A DNA stretch of 63,902 nucleotides, filler included, from Bradymonadales bacterium (GTDB lineage Bacteria > Bdellovibrionota > UBA2394), in assembly GCA_007693605.1 (NCBI GenBank). It is 4 parts of 4 records of this genome, joined end to end, with 100 filler letters (N's around TTAATTAATTAA, not from the genome) between each part and the next. Parts side by side here need not be neighbours in the genome. Positions count along the whole stretch, not along the records: positions 1 to 27,189 come from REDG01000066.1; positions 27,290 to 33,391 come from REDG01000048.1; 2 more parts are not named here. One strand, given 5' to 3'. Below the pieces are notes generated by a model. It had not been told where the DNA came from. It saw nothing but the letters and a program-made list of their open reading frames with translations, and did no database searches. Shown piece after piece: positions 19,994 to 28,782 of this stretch; positions within the stretch are counted from its first letter, which is position 1, and each line of letters opens with the position of its first letter. The translations under genes and the position numbers were made by a program.

Positions 19994-21040
19994 GTGAGTT
20001 TACCGAACTACGCCATTCACTTTACAAGACCAGGAGATACATTTGATCGCATTCTGCTCGATCACTACGGATACCTGTTTCCGCCAGAGCGAGATTTAGC
20101 TTTACGAAGCTTTTGCGCAGACAATGGGATTTACAACGAACAGTTACTATTTCTGTCGAAAACCGTTTTCGTCCGACTCGAGCCGCGTAACTACCTACCC
20201 CTCACGGCATCTCAGAGGAGAGAGCTCAGTTTTTACCGGCAAGTCATCAACAGCTTGCCGGAGGAGCTTCGAATTCTTGTGCCTGTCTTTCATTATACAA
20301 ATCTTGTGTTAGCGGCGAGTGCACCCGTCTCAAATGCCCTCAGCGAGGCTCAGCAGACCCTCCAGAAAATCTCCAACGCCTATCTGGAATATAGGGAGGC
20401 CGCTCGATTGAATCATCGAGACCGCAAACTCTATAAGTCGAGGTACGACCGAACTCGCAGAAATCTGATTGCCAACTACGAGTCAAGACAGGGAAGATTG
20501 ATTAGTAGAGTGTTTGCAAGGGGCTTCAAACCAATAAATGAAATCAATCTTCGGGGGCGGGGGCGTCAGTACTCGGGAGCTCCGATCAATCGAGAATTCC
20601 GGTCAAGCCTTTCTCTGGGCGAGCAAATCGAGAGATTTTCGAAGGCCAAGTATTTGCTCCGGGCGGGAGGGATTTTCTACACGGGGGCGCATGTTCGCTC
20701 CGTTTGCAAAGAAGCCATTGATTTGAGAGATATCGATAGACATCGATCGAACCGAGTCCTATTTCAGGCTGGAGTGGCAGCTGGATCTGCAGCGGTTGTG
20801 ACGATTTTTATAAAGGGTGGAGCTTTCTTAATCTTTGGATCGACCCCTGTTGGTTGGGTAGCTGGAATCGGCATAGCAATAGCGGCCGGCGCAGGTGCGG
20901 CCTATCTTGGTCATCTTGCCGGACCCTTTTATGATCGCTCAGGCCAACGAGTAGACTTAGTGGAGGGGGCCTATCTTGGAGATGTTTGTGAGTTTGTTGT
21001 TAATCCGATTGAAGCGACACGGAGCTTGACCCTGCCATGA
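19994..21040 (+). CDS. putative toxin: LysM-like N-terminus and Gly/Ala-rich hydrophobic C-terminal hairpin
   Basis: HFTRPGDTFDRI...NGIYNEQLL; GGAFLIFGSTPVGWVAGIGIAIAAGAGAAYLG. Confidence 0.6.
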   Translation: MSLPNYAIHFTRPGDTFDRILLDHYGYLFPPERDLALRSFCADNGIYNEQLLFLSKTVFVRLEPRNYLPLTASQRRELSFYRQVINSLPEELRILVPVFHYTNLVLAASAPVSNALSEAQQTLQKISNAYLEYREAARLNHRDRKLYKSRYDRTRRNLIANYESRQGRLISRVFARGFKPINEINLRGRGRQYSGAPINREFRSSLSLGEQIERFSKAKYLLRAGGIFYTGAHVRSVCKEAIDLRDIDRHRSNRVLFQAGVAAGSAAVVTIFIKGGAFLIFGSTPVGWVAGIGIAIAAGAGAAYLGHLAGPFYDRSGQRVDLVEGAYLGDVCEFVVNPIEATRSLTLP

Positions 21041-21477
21041 TTGACTCCACGACCAACGAGATTCTTGCCTGGACCAGTTTCTTTTTAGTCTTCGTCGTAG
21101 GTTGGATTGGAATCTTCCTTTGGTGGCTCGTCCGCTTCACATTGCCAAAAGGTTATATGGCACAAGTGAAGGCCCTCTACGAAGAAATATTCAAATCACC
21201 TATGGAAAAAAAAATTTACTTCAACGCGAAGTTCACCATCCCTGGATCTATTCTCCGGGATATTTATCTCAGCCGCTATATTAAGCTTAGGCCCACATGG
21301 CTCGCAGAAATCAATGACTCCACCAAATTTAACTGGTTGTGCATCTTTCTGGTTTGGTCGTCTCACATCCTTTTTGGACTGGCAACCTTTGGTCTTATCT
21401 TAATGCTGATCAGCATTTTTGGATACGAAATCTGGAACTACTCCCCTGAAAATGAATGGGGTTGGACAGGGCAATGA
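21037..21477 (+). CDS. putative membrane immunity protein
   Basis: 2-TM small protein, ATGA overlap with the putative toxin. Confidence 0.55.
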   Translation: MIDSTTNEILAWTSFFLVFVVGWIGIFLWWLVRFTLPKGYMAQVKALYEEIFKSPMEKKIYFNAKFTIPGSILRDIYLSRYIKLRPTWLAEINDSTKFNWLCIFLVWSSHILFGLATFGLILMLISIFGYEIWNYSPENEWGWTGQ

Positions 21478-21524
21478 TTGACTTAACGATTAGCGACTTG
21501 CTTGCCTTGACGAGCTTCTGCTGA
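21474..21524 (+). pseudogene. remnant of a second immunity paralogue
   Basis: MIDLTISDLLALTSFC* vs MIDSTTNEILAWTSFF; same ATGA coupling. Confidence 0.6.
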
Positions 21525-21728
21525 GCCGCCATTGAGGTCAAGGCTTCAAACAGAGTATCCACTTCTGATGAAAAAGGATTGCATGCCCTATCGGAGGATC
21601 TCGATCTAGCTCGTAAGATAATTGTTTGCAGGGAGACGCAGCCCCGAAGAACAGAGACGGGCGTCGAGGTACTCCCGCTAGCCCACTTCCTAGGAGCTCT
21701 ATGGAATAGGGAGATTATATTTTCTTAA
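21525..21728 (+). pseudogene. C-terminal fragment of an AAA+/DUF4143 ATPase
   Basis: AIEVKASNRVSTSDEKGLHAL...RKIIVCRE...VLPLAHFLGALW, no start codon. Confidence 0.7.
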
Positions 21729-21775
21729 GCTAGTTTGGGGATGTTTTCCCGAACCAAGCGGCCCACAAAGAAAAA

Positions 21776-21940
21776 GGGAGAGTGCCGCACCCTGATTTCC
21801 GGTGAGCGAGTCCCCCCGAGCGAACGAGATCGCGAGCAGTGCGCAGCGATTGAGAGGAGATCAGCCCATAGAACCATCTACACCTCTGGAGAGCTTAGAA
21901 CTCGAATATGACAAAAATGGGAGAGTGGCGCACCCGACGA
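21776..21940. repeat. degenerate 143-bp tRNA-linked repeat unit
   Basis: GGGAGAGTG[C/G]CGCACCC at 21776 and 21919 flanking a GGTGAGCGAGT..CGAGCGAA core. Confidence 0.75.
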
Positions 21941-21984
21941 GAATTGCATTTGACTACGGACATCCCAATTGCTTTGAATGACGC

Positions 21985-22317
21985 ATGTTTCGCATTCTAG
22001 TCGTTGTAAGAAAGCGTCCCGAATTGTCTGAGTCTGAATTTCGACGAATTTGGAAGGACGAGTATGGGCCCATGTATCGTCAGATCCCAGAGGTAAAGTC
22101 TTACGAACAGTATCATCTCACTGACCGCCGCAAGGACGACAGCGAAGATCCGATTGACGGGGTCGCCGTGATGAGTTTCGAGTCAGAAGAAGATATGAAA
22201 AAAGCTTGGAGCACCGAGGTTTACCAGCAAGCCGCAAAAATTCGCGAAAGAATCATGCGGGAGACCGCCGTAGGCGTACATGTGACGAGCGTCGATGAGA
22301 TTGTAAAAATAATTTAG
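21985..22317 (+). CDS. EthD family protein
   Basis: RKRPELSESEFRRIW...IPEVKSYEQ...DGVAVMSFES. Confidence 0.85.
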   Translation: MFRILVVVRKRPELSESEFRRIWKDEYGPMYRQIPEVKSYEQYHLTDRRKDDSEDPIDGVAVMSFESEEDMKKAWSTEVYQQAAKIRERIMRETAVGVHVTSVDEIVKII

Positions 22318-22360
22318 TCCTTTGGATCTGCCAGAAAGCGGCTGGGCTGTAGCCGTTCAT

Positions 22361-22583
22361 GCAGCTTGCGAAAACCAGTTTCGAGTATTTTTGGTCACAG
22401 CGAGGCAACCGATGCGTCTGAACGAAGGAGCGTGTTTCGATGACACGTGACTGAGTGAGGATCAAGGACAACGCAGCTGATACGAAAAAGGCGAAGCAAA
22501 TGGCGCACCCGACTTTGCGGTGAGCGAGTCCTTCGAGCGAACGAGAAGGCGAGCAGGGCGCACCCGGAGCGATTCGAACGCCC
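22361..22583. repeat. tRNA-Arg-linked repeats with a tRNA 3'-end copy
   Basis: CGCACCCGGAGCGATTCGAACGCCC at about 22559-22583, TGGCGCACCCG at 22501, plus both repeat modules. Confidence 0.8.
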
Positions 22584-22696
22584 CCTGATTAACTTGCCTC
22601 GCAGCCGCGAGGCTTATTCTAAGGATAGCTGACGGCTGCGTATTCCTCGCCGTCAGACCCTAAAGGGTCGGCCGTTCTCAAAACATCTACAGCAAA

Positions 22697-22736
22697 AATA
22701 CCAAAGCCCCCGCACCTTGGCGGGGGCTTTGGTATT
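22697..22736. terminator. strong hairpin directly after tRNA-Arg
   Basis: AATACCAAAGCCCCCGC-ACCTTG-GCGGGGGCTTTGGTATT, followed by a T-tract on the minus strand. Confidence 0.8.
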
Positions 22737-22810
22737 CGCACCCGGAGCGATTCGAACGCCCGACCCCATGCTTCGTAGGCATGTGCTCTATCCAGCTGAG
22801 CTACGGGTGC
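22737..22810 (-). tRNA. tRNA-Arg(ACG)
   Basis: CATGC-CT-ACG-AA-GCATG anticodon arm, canonical D and T arms. Confidence 0.95.
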
Positions 22811-23115
22811 ATTTCAAAAAACTTAGCTATAATCCTAAATCTTCTAAACTTCCTCTCTGACTCCAGTTCAGCTCAGCTGGATAGAGCTGCGCTCTCTCCT
22901 CTCCTCGTTTGCCTCAGGCAAAACAGCTGAACTAGCGCTACACTTCACAAAATCCATCTACAAGCTTAGGCCTTCAATCTCAACCCACTAGCGAGCCCAA
23001 AGAAGCTTGGCAACTAGAAAGGGGGGCCCAAAAAAGTTTGAGGGCTCCTTGGCCCCCAAACTCTGAGTTTAACGCTAATAGGATCTGCCCTCTGAGCCTC
23101 AGCCCAGGGATTTCT

Positions 23116-23970
23116 CTACGCCACTCGGCCTAAGGCCGACATGACCTCATCGGTATGCCCATCAACTTTGACATTTCGGAAAGCGGCTTCAATGCGCCCA
23201 TCCGGTCCGATGACAAATGTCGATCGCTCAATTCCCCAATAGGTCTTTCCGTACATATTCTTTTGAACATGAACTCCGTAACTCTCAGCCACTTCTTTGT
23301 TCTCGTCTGACAGCAAGTCAAAATTCAGACCGTACTTTTCAATGAATTTTTGATGGCTCTCTGGACTGTCAAAACTCACTCCAAAGATCTTCGCATTCTT
23401 CATCTCAAAGTTCGGTAAGTGGTCTCTAAAGCTACAAGCCTCTCTCGTGCAACCGGGCGTATCGTCTTTTGGATAAAAGTATAAAACCACTCTCTTGCCT
23501 CTGAAACTCTCAAGAGAGATTGGCTCTCCCTTCTGGTTAGGCAGAACAAACTGCGGTGCACGATCTCCAACACTCAATCGTTGAGCCTCGGCTCCCGTAG
23601 CAGACTCCACCAACTGCAAACCTCGCTCTGAAGCTTCGATCGCAGACTGACCGGCTCTCTTCACCGTCTTAAGAATCGCTCTGGTTGCTGTTCTCGCTTT
23701 CTTCTTAGCCTTCGATTGCAGCGTCTTAGTTTTGGCTTTCACTGCCCTGCGACTTTTCGAGGCCGTCTTTTTGGCCCTTGATTTGACTTTGCTCGTCGTT
23801 CTTTTTGCCTTTTTCTTTAAACTTCGTGCGGCTTTCTTTGTTTTCTTCTTAGCCTTCGAACCTGCCTTCTTCACTCGAGACTTTGCAGTCTTAGCCTTTG
23901 TCTTCGTCTTTCGTTTAAGACTTCTTTTTTTGGTGTTTCTTGATGTTGTTTTTTTCTTTGTTTTTGCCAT
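23116..23970 (-). CDS. bcp: peroxiredoxin BCP with a long Lys/Arg/Ala-rich N-terminal extension
   Basis: LYFYPKDDTPGCTREACSFRD; about 105-aa highly basic N-terminus. Confidence 0.9.
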   Translation of the reverse strand: MAKTKKKTTSRNTKKRSLKRKTKTKAKTAKSRVKKAGSKAKKKTKKAARSLKKKAKRTTSKVKSRAKKTASKSRRAVKAKTKTLQSKAKKKARTATRAILKTVKRAGQSAIEASERGLQLVESATGAEAQRLSVGDRAPQFVLPNQKGEPISLESFRGKRVVLYFYPKDDTPGCTREACSFRDHLPNFEMKNAKIFGVSFDSPESHQKFIEKYGLNFDLLSDENKEVAESYGVHVQKNMYGKTYWGIERSTFVIGPDGRIEAAFRNVKVDGHTDEVMSALGRVA

Positions 23971-24018
23971 GAGAACCTCCGTCTTGGGCTTGAAATTTCC
24001 TCTCTAAAGTAATACGAA

Positions 24019-24894
24019 TTGAGGCGGCTTCATAGCTCTTTCAGAGAGGAATTTCGGTTGAATACCTTACCCAAGTTAGATCAGTTCGTATGCCTCCAGC
24101 TCACCGGAAGAGACAGTCTCGACTTTGCTCAACGCCTATTCACACGGGATATGAAGAGAATGCAAACTGGAGAAGCCCGCTTGAGTTTGTTTTTGAGTGC
24201 TGAGGCGAAGCCCATCGGGCTGTTTTGGCTCTACCAAAAGACGAAAGAAGACTTAGGCCTTGTGCTTCGGGCTCAAGAGGCCCCCCTTTTGCGAGAGAAA
24301 CTCGAGCTCTTTCACTTTCAAGAGGACATCCAGTTTACAGAATTTCCCGCATTTGCCCTGTGGGAAGCCTCCGAGACCATGCCCCCAGAAGAGTCCGGTC
24401 GAGGCCAACTCGTTGAGAATGCCCTCCAATGCCAATGGCGCTCAACGAGGTTCGAGTTTCGATTGAATCATGAGGCAAAAGCTCCTGAGCAGGATCGGGC
24501 TTGGGAGCTTCATCGCATTCGCTCGTTAATTCCCCGCTGGGGTGACGACTACGATGATCAAACGCTTGTTTTGAAGCTCGGCTTTCTTGAACTCTGCGAC
24601 GACAACAAGGGCTGCTACGCCGGGCAAGAAGTGATTGAACGAGTACGAACCCGAGGGGGGAGGGCGCCTGAAGTTTTGGCCAGCTTCGAGTCAAAGGCAG
24701 AACTTCAAAGGGAAATGAAGTTCTTGAATCAAGATCAACAACCCGCTGGGCGGCTCAGCAAAAGCCTTTGCTCTGAGAATCGACAGTATTTTGCCTTGGG
24801 CTTTCTGAAGACTTCTCAACTTGAAAACTCTAGATTCTTTCTCGAGTCTGGAGAGAGCCTCCAGCTCCTTCGACACGCAGAGTTGAGACAATAA
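24019..24894 (+). CDS. ygfZ: YgfZ/GcvT-family folate-binding protein
   Basis: GRDSLDFAQ N-terminus and KGCYAGQEVIER signature. Confidence 0.85.
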   Translation: MRRLHSSFREEFRLNTLPKLDQFVCLQLTGRDSLDFAQRLFTRDMKRMQTGEARLSLFLSAEAKPIGLFWLYQKTKEDLGLVLRAQEAPLLREKLELFHFQEDIQFTEFPAFALWEASETMPPEESGRGQLVENALQCQWRSTRFEFRLNHEAKAPEQDRAWELHRIRSLIPRWGDDYDDQTLVLKLGFLELCDDNKGCYAGQEVIERVRTRGGRAPEVLASFESKAELQREMKFLNQDQQPAGRLSKSLCSENRQYFALGFLKTSQLENSRFFLESGESLQLLRHAELRQ

Positions 24895-25235
24895 TAGCCA
24901 TTTCCGAGACAAAAACTGTCCGGAAACTGGCCGTTCAAGTTCGATGGCAACCAAAGTTGCCACCAAGTTTCGAAACTTCCGTGACCCTTCAAACTAGGAA
25001 TGAGTCTTGCTCTCTTACTTAGTCAAATGCACTAGGGCCAAATAAGAGGAAGGGGTACGGTGTCAGGTGTCATCTTTAAAGCGCTAAATTACCCCCTAAT
25101 ACTTTAAAGAATCCCCTGAGACGCCTGAGCCTGCCCCCCCTTTTTTTCAGAAAGCCCCATTTGGGCAGCCTCTCTAATTTATTGATATCAAAGATCTTTC
25201 TTTGCATTCCAGAATTTCATTCGCATAATGAGGCC

Positions 25236-26486
25236 ATGAAGAAGTCTATTTTTGGTCTCGTTTTCCTTTCTACCACTTGCTTTACTGGCCTTGGCTTTGC
25301 CGGAGGTTTAGATCTTACCACCACCTACAGCTCTCGAATTTCTGCGATGGGTGGAGGGCATATCAGTCTGGCAACCGACGCTCACGCGCCCTATTACAAC
25401 CCCGCCGCCATGTCTTTTGTGAATCGCTTTGCGTTTACTGCCAATTTCTTTCCCCTGATCTATCAGAACGAAGCTCCGGTTGGCGCCGATGACGCTCTTA
25501 AAAAGAGTAAAATGAGTGTCGCCCCCTTGTTTTATGCGGGAGCCGTCTATCGAGTTCACGACCGAGTGCATTTGGGCCTCGCTGTTTACCCGACGGCTTT
25601 GCAGGGCCAAAGCTATTCAGGCGTTGATTACAATGACAACGATCTCCAAGACCTGGAGCTCAGCATTCGACTGATGAGAATTGAGATCGCTCCTTCCATC
25701 TCGGTTCGATTGTTAGAGAAGCTGTCGGCGGGAGCGAGCTACCGAATTGGCTATACTCAGTACGACAAGAAAGCCGGTGTCTTTGCGTCGACCGGGCAAC
25801 CTGGCGGAAGCTTTCTGGATACAACGGTCAATTCTTGGGATGCTAAGGGCTTTAAGTTTGGGCTTCACTTGGAAGATTTACATGGCTTCTCGCTTGGCGT
25901 AAGTTATCGGCTGCAACAAAAGCTCACACTGAGTGGAACGACGAAAGTTGCGGGCACCCCTATAGAGACAAAGCAATTCGTCACCATTCCGATGCGGCTC
26001 GAAGTGGGTAGCTCCTATCGGTTCTGGAATGAACGACTCACTGCGGCCGTCTCTTATGCCTTTACTCAAAACAGTAAGATTACATTCGATGATACCCAAA
26101 TCACAGGCTTTCCTCCGGAGTCGACCCGACAACCTCTTCAGTATCGAGACGGACACTCCTTCTATGCAGGAATGGACTACCGACACCCTCTTTCTGAGAG
26201 CAGAAGTTTTCGTGTGGGCGCGGGCTACTCTCTCGACACGGCCGTTACCAACAAGCGCTATCCGAGCCCCGTCCTTCCGCCAGACGCAGCCTACCATGGA
26301 GCCAATATCGGCGGGGGTTACAGCTTTGGAAATCATGAAATCGGTTTGTCGGTCAACTATGGGGGCTATTCTTCGACGACGACTGAACGCGGAACCGATC
26401 CCGCTCCGATCGATCAGACGATTTTTCTGGGCAAGTACAGCACGAGAAGCCTCGGGCTCGTTCTCGACTATCAGATGAGTTTTTAA
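25236..26486 (+). CDS. FadL/OmpP1 outer-membrane transporter
   Basis: signal peptide, AMGG...YNPAAM hatch motif, beta-barrel ending in F. Confidence 0.85.
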   Translation: MKKSIFGLVFLSTTCFTGLGFAGGLDLTTTYSSRISAMGGGHISLATDAHAPYYNPAAMSFVNRFAFTANFFPLIYQNEAPVGADDALKKSKMSVAPLFYAGAVYRVHDRVHLGLAVYPTALQGQSYSGVDYNDNDLQDLELSIRLMRIEIAPSISVRLLEKLSAGASYRIGYTQYDKKAGVFASTGQPGGSFLDTTVNSWDAKGFKFGLHLEDLHGFSLGVSYRLQQKLTLSGTTKVAGTPIETKQFVTIPMRLEVGSSYRFWNERLTAAVSYAFTQNSKITFDDTQITGFPPESTRQPLQYRDGHSFYAGMDYRHPLSESRSFRVGAGYSLDTAVTNKRYPSPVLPPDAAYHGANIGGGYSFGNHEIGLSVNYGGYSSTTTERGTDPAPIDQTIFLGKYSTRSLGLVLDYQMSF

Positions 26487-26784
26487 AAGGCGGCCGAGCC
26501 ATCCGCGCCACAAACAAGATAAGGTTACCGTTGCTTTCTTCCGAACCTGGCGGAGTTAGCCCTCTTGTCTTGGGCGGAGTCCGACCGCCAAGCTTCCTTC
26601 ATAACCCCTTCAGATCCAGATCTCAAGTCTGGGTAATGGGCTTTGGCGCCTGGGGTCTCTTTTCAGGCTCGGAACCACAAAAATCGAGGCGCTTGCCCTC
26701 ACTGAACTTCCAGTGTTAAGCCTAGGGCGTAATTATTTTTGATCTGCTTTACTTCCGCAGCGGAAGTAAGCCCGGCCAAAGTCT

Positions 26785-26873
26785 GGAGAGGTGGGTGAGT
26801 GGCTTAAACCAGCGGATTGCTAATTCGTCGTGCGGGTAATACCGTACCGAGGGTTCGAATCCCTCCCTCTCCG
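26785..26873 (+). tRNA. tRNA-Ser(GCT)
   Basis: GCGGA-TT-GCT-AA-TTCGT anticodon arm, long variable arm, T-loop. Confidence 0.95.
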
Positions 26874-27189
26874 AGTTCTTCCTCGCTTCTTAGCTTCTCA
26901 CAGGTATAGATGGTGCTATAGGCCAATTTACTTTCAGCTTCTGCGCACTGCTCGAAGCTTCATTCGCTCGGGTACTCGCTCACCGTAAATTGGGGTTCGA
27001 ATCCCTCCCTCTCCGAGTTCTTCCTCGCTTCTTAGCTTCTCACAGCTGTAGACGGTACTATAGGCATCTTTGCTCTCGAAGGCTGCGCACTGCTCGCCTC
27101 CTCGTTCGCTCGGGTACTCGCTCACCGCAAAGCTGGGTTCGAATCCCTCCCTCTCCGAGTTCTTCCTCGCTTCTTAGCTTCTCACAGGT
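26851..27189 (+). repeat. 142-bp tandem array beginning in the tRNA T-arm, running off the contig
   Basis: GGGTTCGAATCCCTCCCTCTCCGAGTTCTTCCTCGCTTCTTAGCTTCTCACAG at 26851, 26993 and 27135. Confidence 0.95.
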
Positions 27190-27289
27190 NNNNNNNNNNN
27201 NNNNNNNNNNNNNNNNNNNNNNNNNNNNNNNNNTTAATTAATTAANNNNNNNNNNNNNNNNNNNNNNNNNNNNNNNNNNNNNNNNNNNN
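27190..27289. other. assembly gap with artificial linker
   Basis: N-run + TTAATTAATTAA + N-run. Confidence 0.99.
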
Positions 27290-27301
27290 GCCGATCCCCC
27301 A

Positions 27302-27339
27302 AATCCCTAAGTGTTACCCCCTCCAGTCAAACGCCCGCA
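27302..27339. repeat. second copy of the contig-start repeat
   Basis: matches 13-50. Confidence 0.85.
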
Positions 27340-27425
27340 GTCCAGGCTTTTGACTCTGGAGCAGAGAGTGACAAAGAGGAAAAAATTGCTGAATTACTAA
27401 AACTCTACCGACGAGGAAGCGCTTT

Positions 27426-28067
27426 ATGACTCGTGCGGCTCTTGTCTTGCTCTTGTTGGTGACGAGCCTTCTGCTCAATCAAAGCCTAGAAGCCCGACCG
27501 GTTGGGGCAAAGGGTTCATTCTCAATCATGTCTCAGAGTTCGCCTGAGATGAACGAACTTCACGCTCACTTTGCAGCGTCTCGACACTTCTCTTTGGGGG
27601 CTCAGTTTCTTCGACTGGACACCAAAGCTCCAAGACTTTATGCCGGCTTGGCTCAAGCCAATCTGCTGATCCACCGCTGGAACCACCCTTCATTTCAAGC
27701 CAATATTTATGCCATGGGGGGTCTCGGCCAAGGTCGATCCGATGGCAGGTACGCTCTCGTGGGAATGGCCGGAGCTCAAGCCGACATGGAAGACCAGCGA
27801 TTTTATGGCATGCTGGCTTACAACAGCTATCTTTCTCGCTTGATCCCCAACTTTCACTCCTACACCGCCCGCGCCGGATTCGCTCCCTATATTGGCGAGT
27901 TTCACGAGTTCCACTCCTGGGTCATACTACAATATGTCTTTAAGCCCGGATTTCAGGAGCGCCATAGCGTCACACCTTTGTTTCGATTCTTTTATCGAAA
28001 TATGCTGGCCGAGATTGGGGTCAGCCTGACCGGCTCGTTTCAGTTTAATTTTGTCACTGAGTTTTAA
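27426..28067 (+). CDS. small outer-membrane beta-barrel protein of a metal operon
   Basis: signal peptide, alternating aromatic strands, C-terminal F. Confidence 0.65.
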   Translation: MTRAALVLLLLVTSLLLNQSLEARPVGAKGSFSIMSQSSPEMNELHAHFAASRHFSLGAQFLRLDTKAPRLYAGLAQANLLIHRWNHPSFQANIYAMGGLGQGRSDGRYALVGMAGAQADMEDQRFYGMLAYNSYLSRLIPNFHSYTARAGFAPYIGEFHEFHSWVILQYVFKPGFQERHSVTPLFRFFYRNMLAEIGVSLTGSFQFNFVTEF

Positions 28068-28084
28068 TTGGAGGAGGCTGAACA

Positions 28085-28372
28085 ATGAAACACAAAATAT
28101 GGATCTCCCTTTTAGGACTTCTAGTCCTCCCGTTTCTGGTGAGCGCTGAGGTTATTGACATCCAGGTTGACGGCATGGTGTGTGCGTTCTGTGCACAAAG
28201 AATAGAGTCGAGCTTTAACAAACAAGAAGCCGTTGACCGAGTCGATGTGAACCTAAGCGAACGGACGGTGACTCTGTTTATAAGGGAAGGAAAGAGCCTT
28301 TCTGAAGAAGTGATTGCAAAGATCACAAGAGACTCTGGCTATAAACTCAGGGCTCTTCATCGAAGACCCTGA
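28085..28372 (+). CDS. periplasmic heavy-metal-associated (MerP/CopZ-like) protein
   Basis: signal peptide + VDGMVCAFC HMA motif. Confidence 0.9.
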   Translation: MKHKIWISLLGLLVLPFLVSAEVIDIQVDGMVCAFCAQRIESSFNKQEAVDRVDVNLSERTVTLFIREGKSLSEEVIAKITRDSGYKLRALHRRP

Positions 28373-28374
28373 CG

Positions 28375-28743
28375 ATGTCTCCGAATCTGTCTAGCTGGCT
28401 GTCTCTTTTTGGGTCCTCGGTGACTCTCGTTTGTTGCGCCCTTCCCGCAGTTTTGGTGACTCTTGGGGCGGGGGCGGCGATGGTGGGTTTGATTGGAGCC
28501 TTTCCCCAACTCATTTGGTTCTCAGAACACAAAGAGATCGTGTTTAGCATTTCTGGCGCTCTCATCGCGCTGGCTGGCTGGGCCAAATGGCGTGCGCGCC
28601 GCCTCGATTGTCCCACTGAACCCTCTTTGCGAGAACACTGTGCTACTTCAAATCGATGGACCCCTTGGGTGTTCTGGGCTTCTGTTGCGCTCTATTTCGT
28701 GGGCTTCTTCTTCGCCTTTCTTGCCCCCAGAATGTTTTTCTAG
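28375..28743 (+). CDS. MerT-like metal transport membrane protein
   Basis: TLVCCALP in TM1, cytoplasmic C...C pair, 3 TM. Confidence 0.75.
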   Translation: MSPNLSSWLSLFGSSVTLVCCALPAVLVTLGAGAAMVGLIGAFPQLIWFSEHKEIVFSISGALIALAGWAKWRARRLDCPTEPSLREHCATSNRWTPWVFWASVALYFVGFFFAFLAPRMFF

Positions 28744-28782
28744 GCTTCCCCTTCTTCTTGAGAAAGGCCTGCTGCTAAGAGA

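Noticed and set aside
25878..26513. Long antisense or overlapping ORFs (e.g. 25878-26513, 5954-6538, 32233-32820)
   Set aside because: Shadows of well-supported genes on the opposite strand.
26851..27189. Possible CRISPR array
   Set aside because: The constant part is the tRNA 3' end, the period is 142 bp, the intervening sequences are homologous to each other, and no cas genes are present.
27190..27289. TTAATTAATTAA palindrome inside N-runs (also 33392-33491 and 58573-58672)
   Set aside because: Artificial six-frame-stop contig linker; adjacency across these gaps is not biological evidence.
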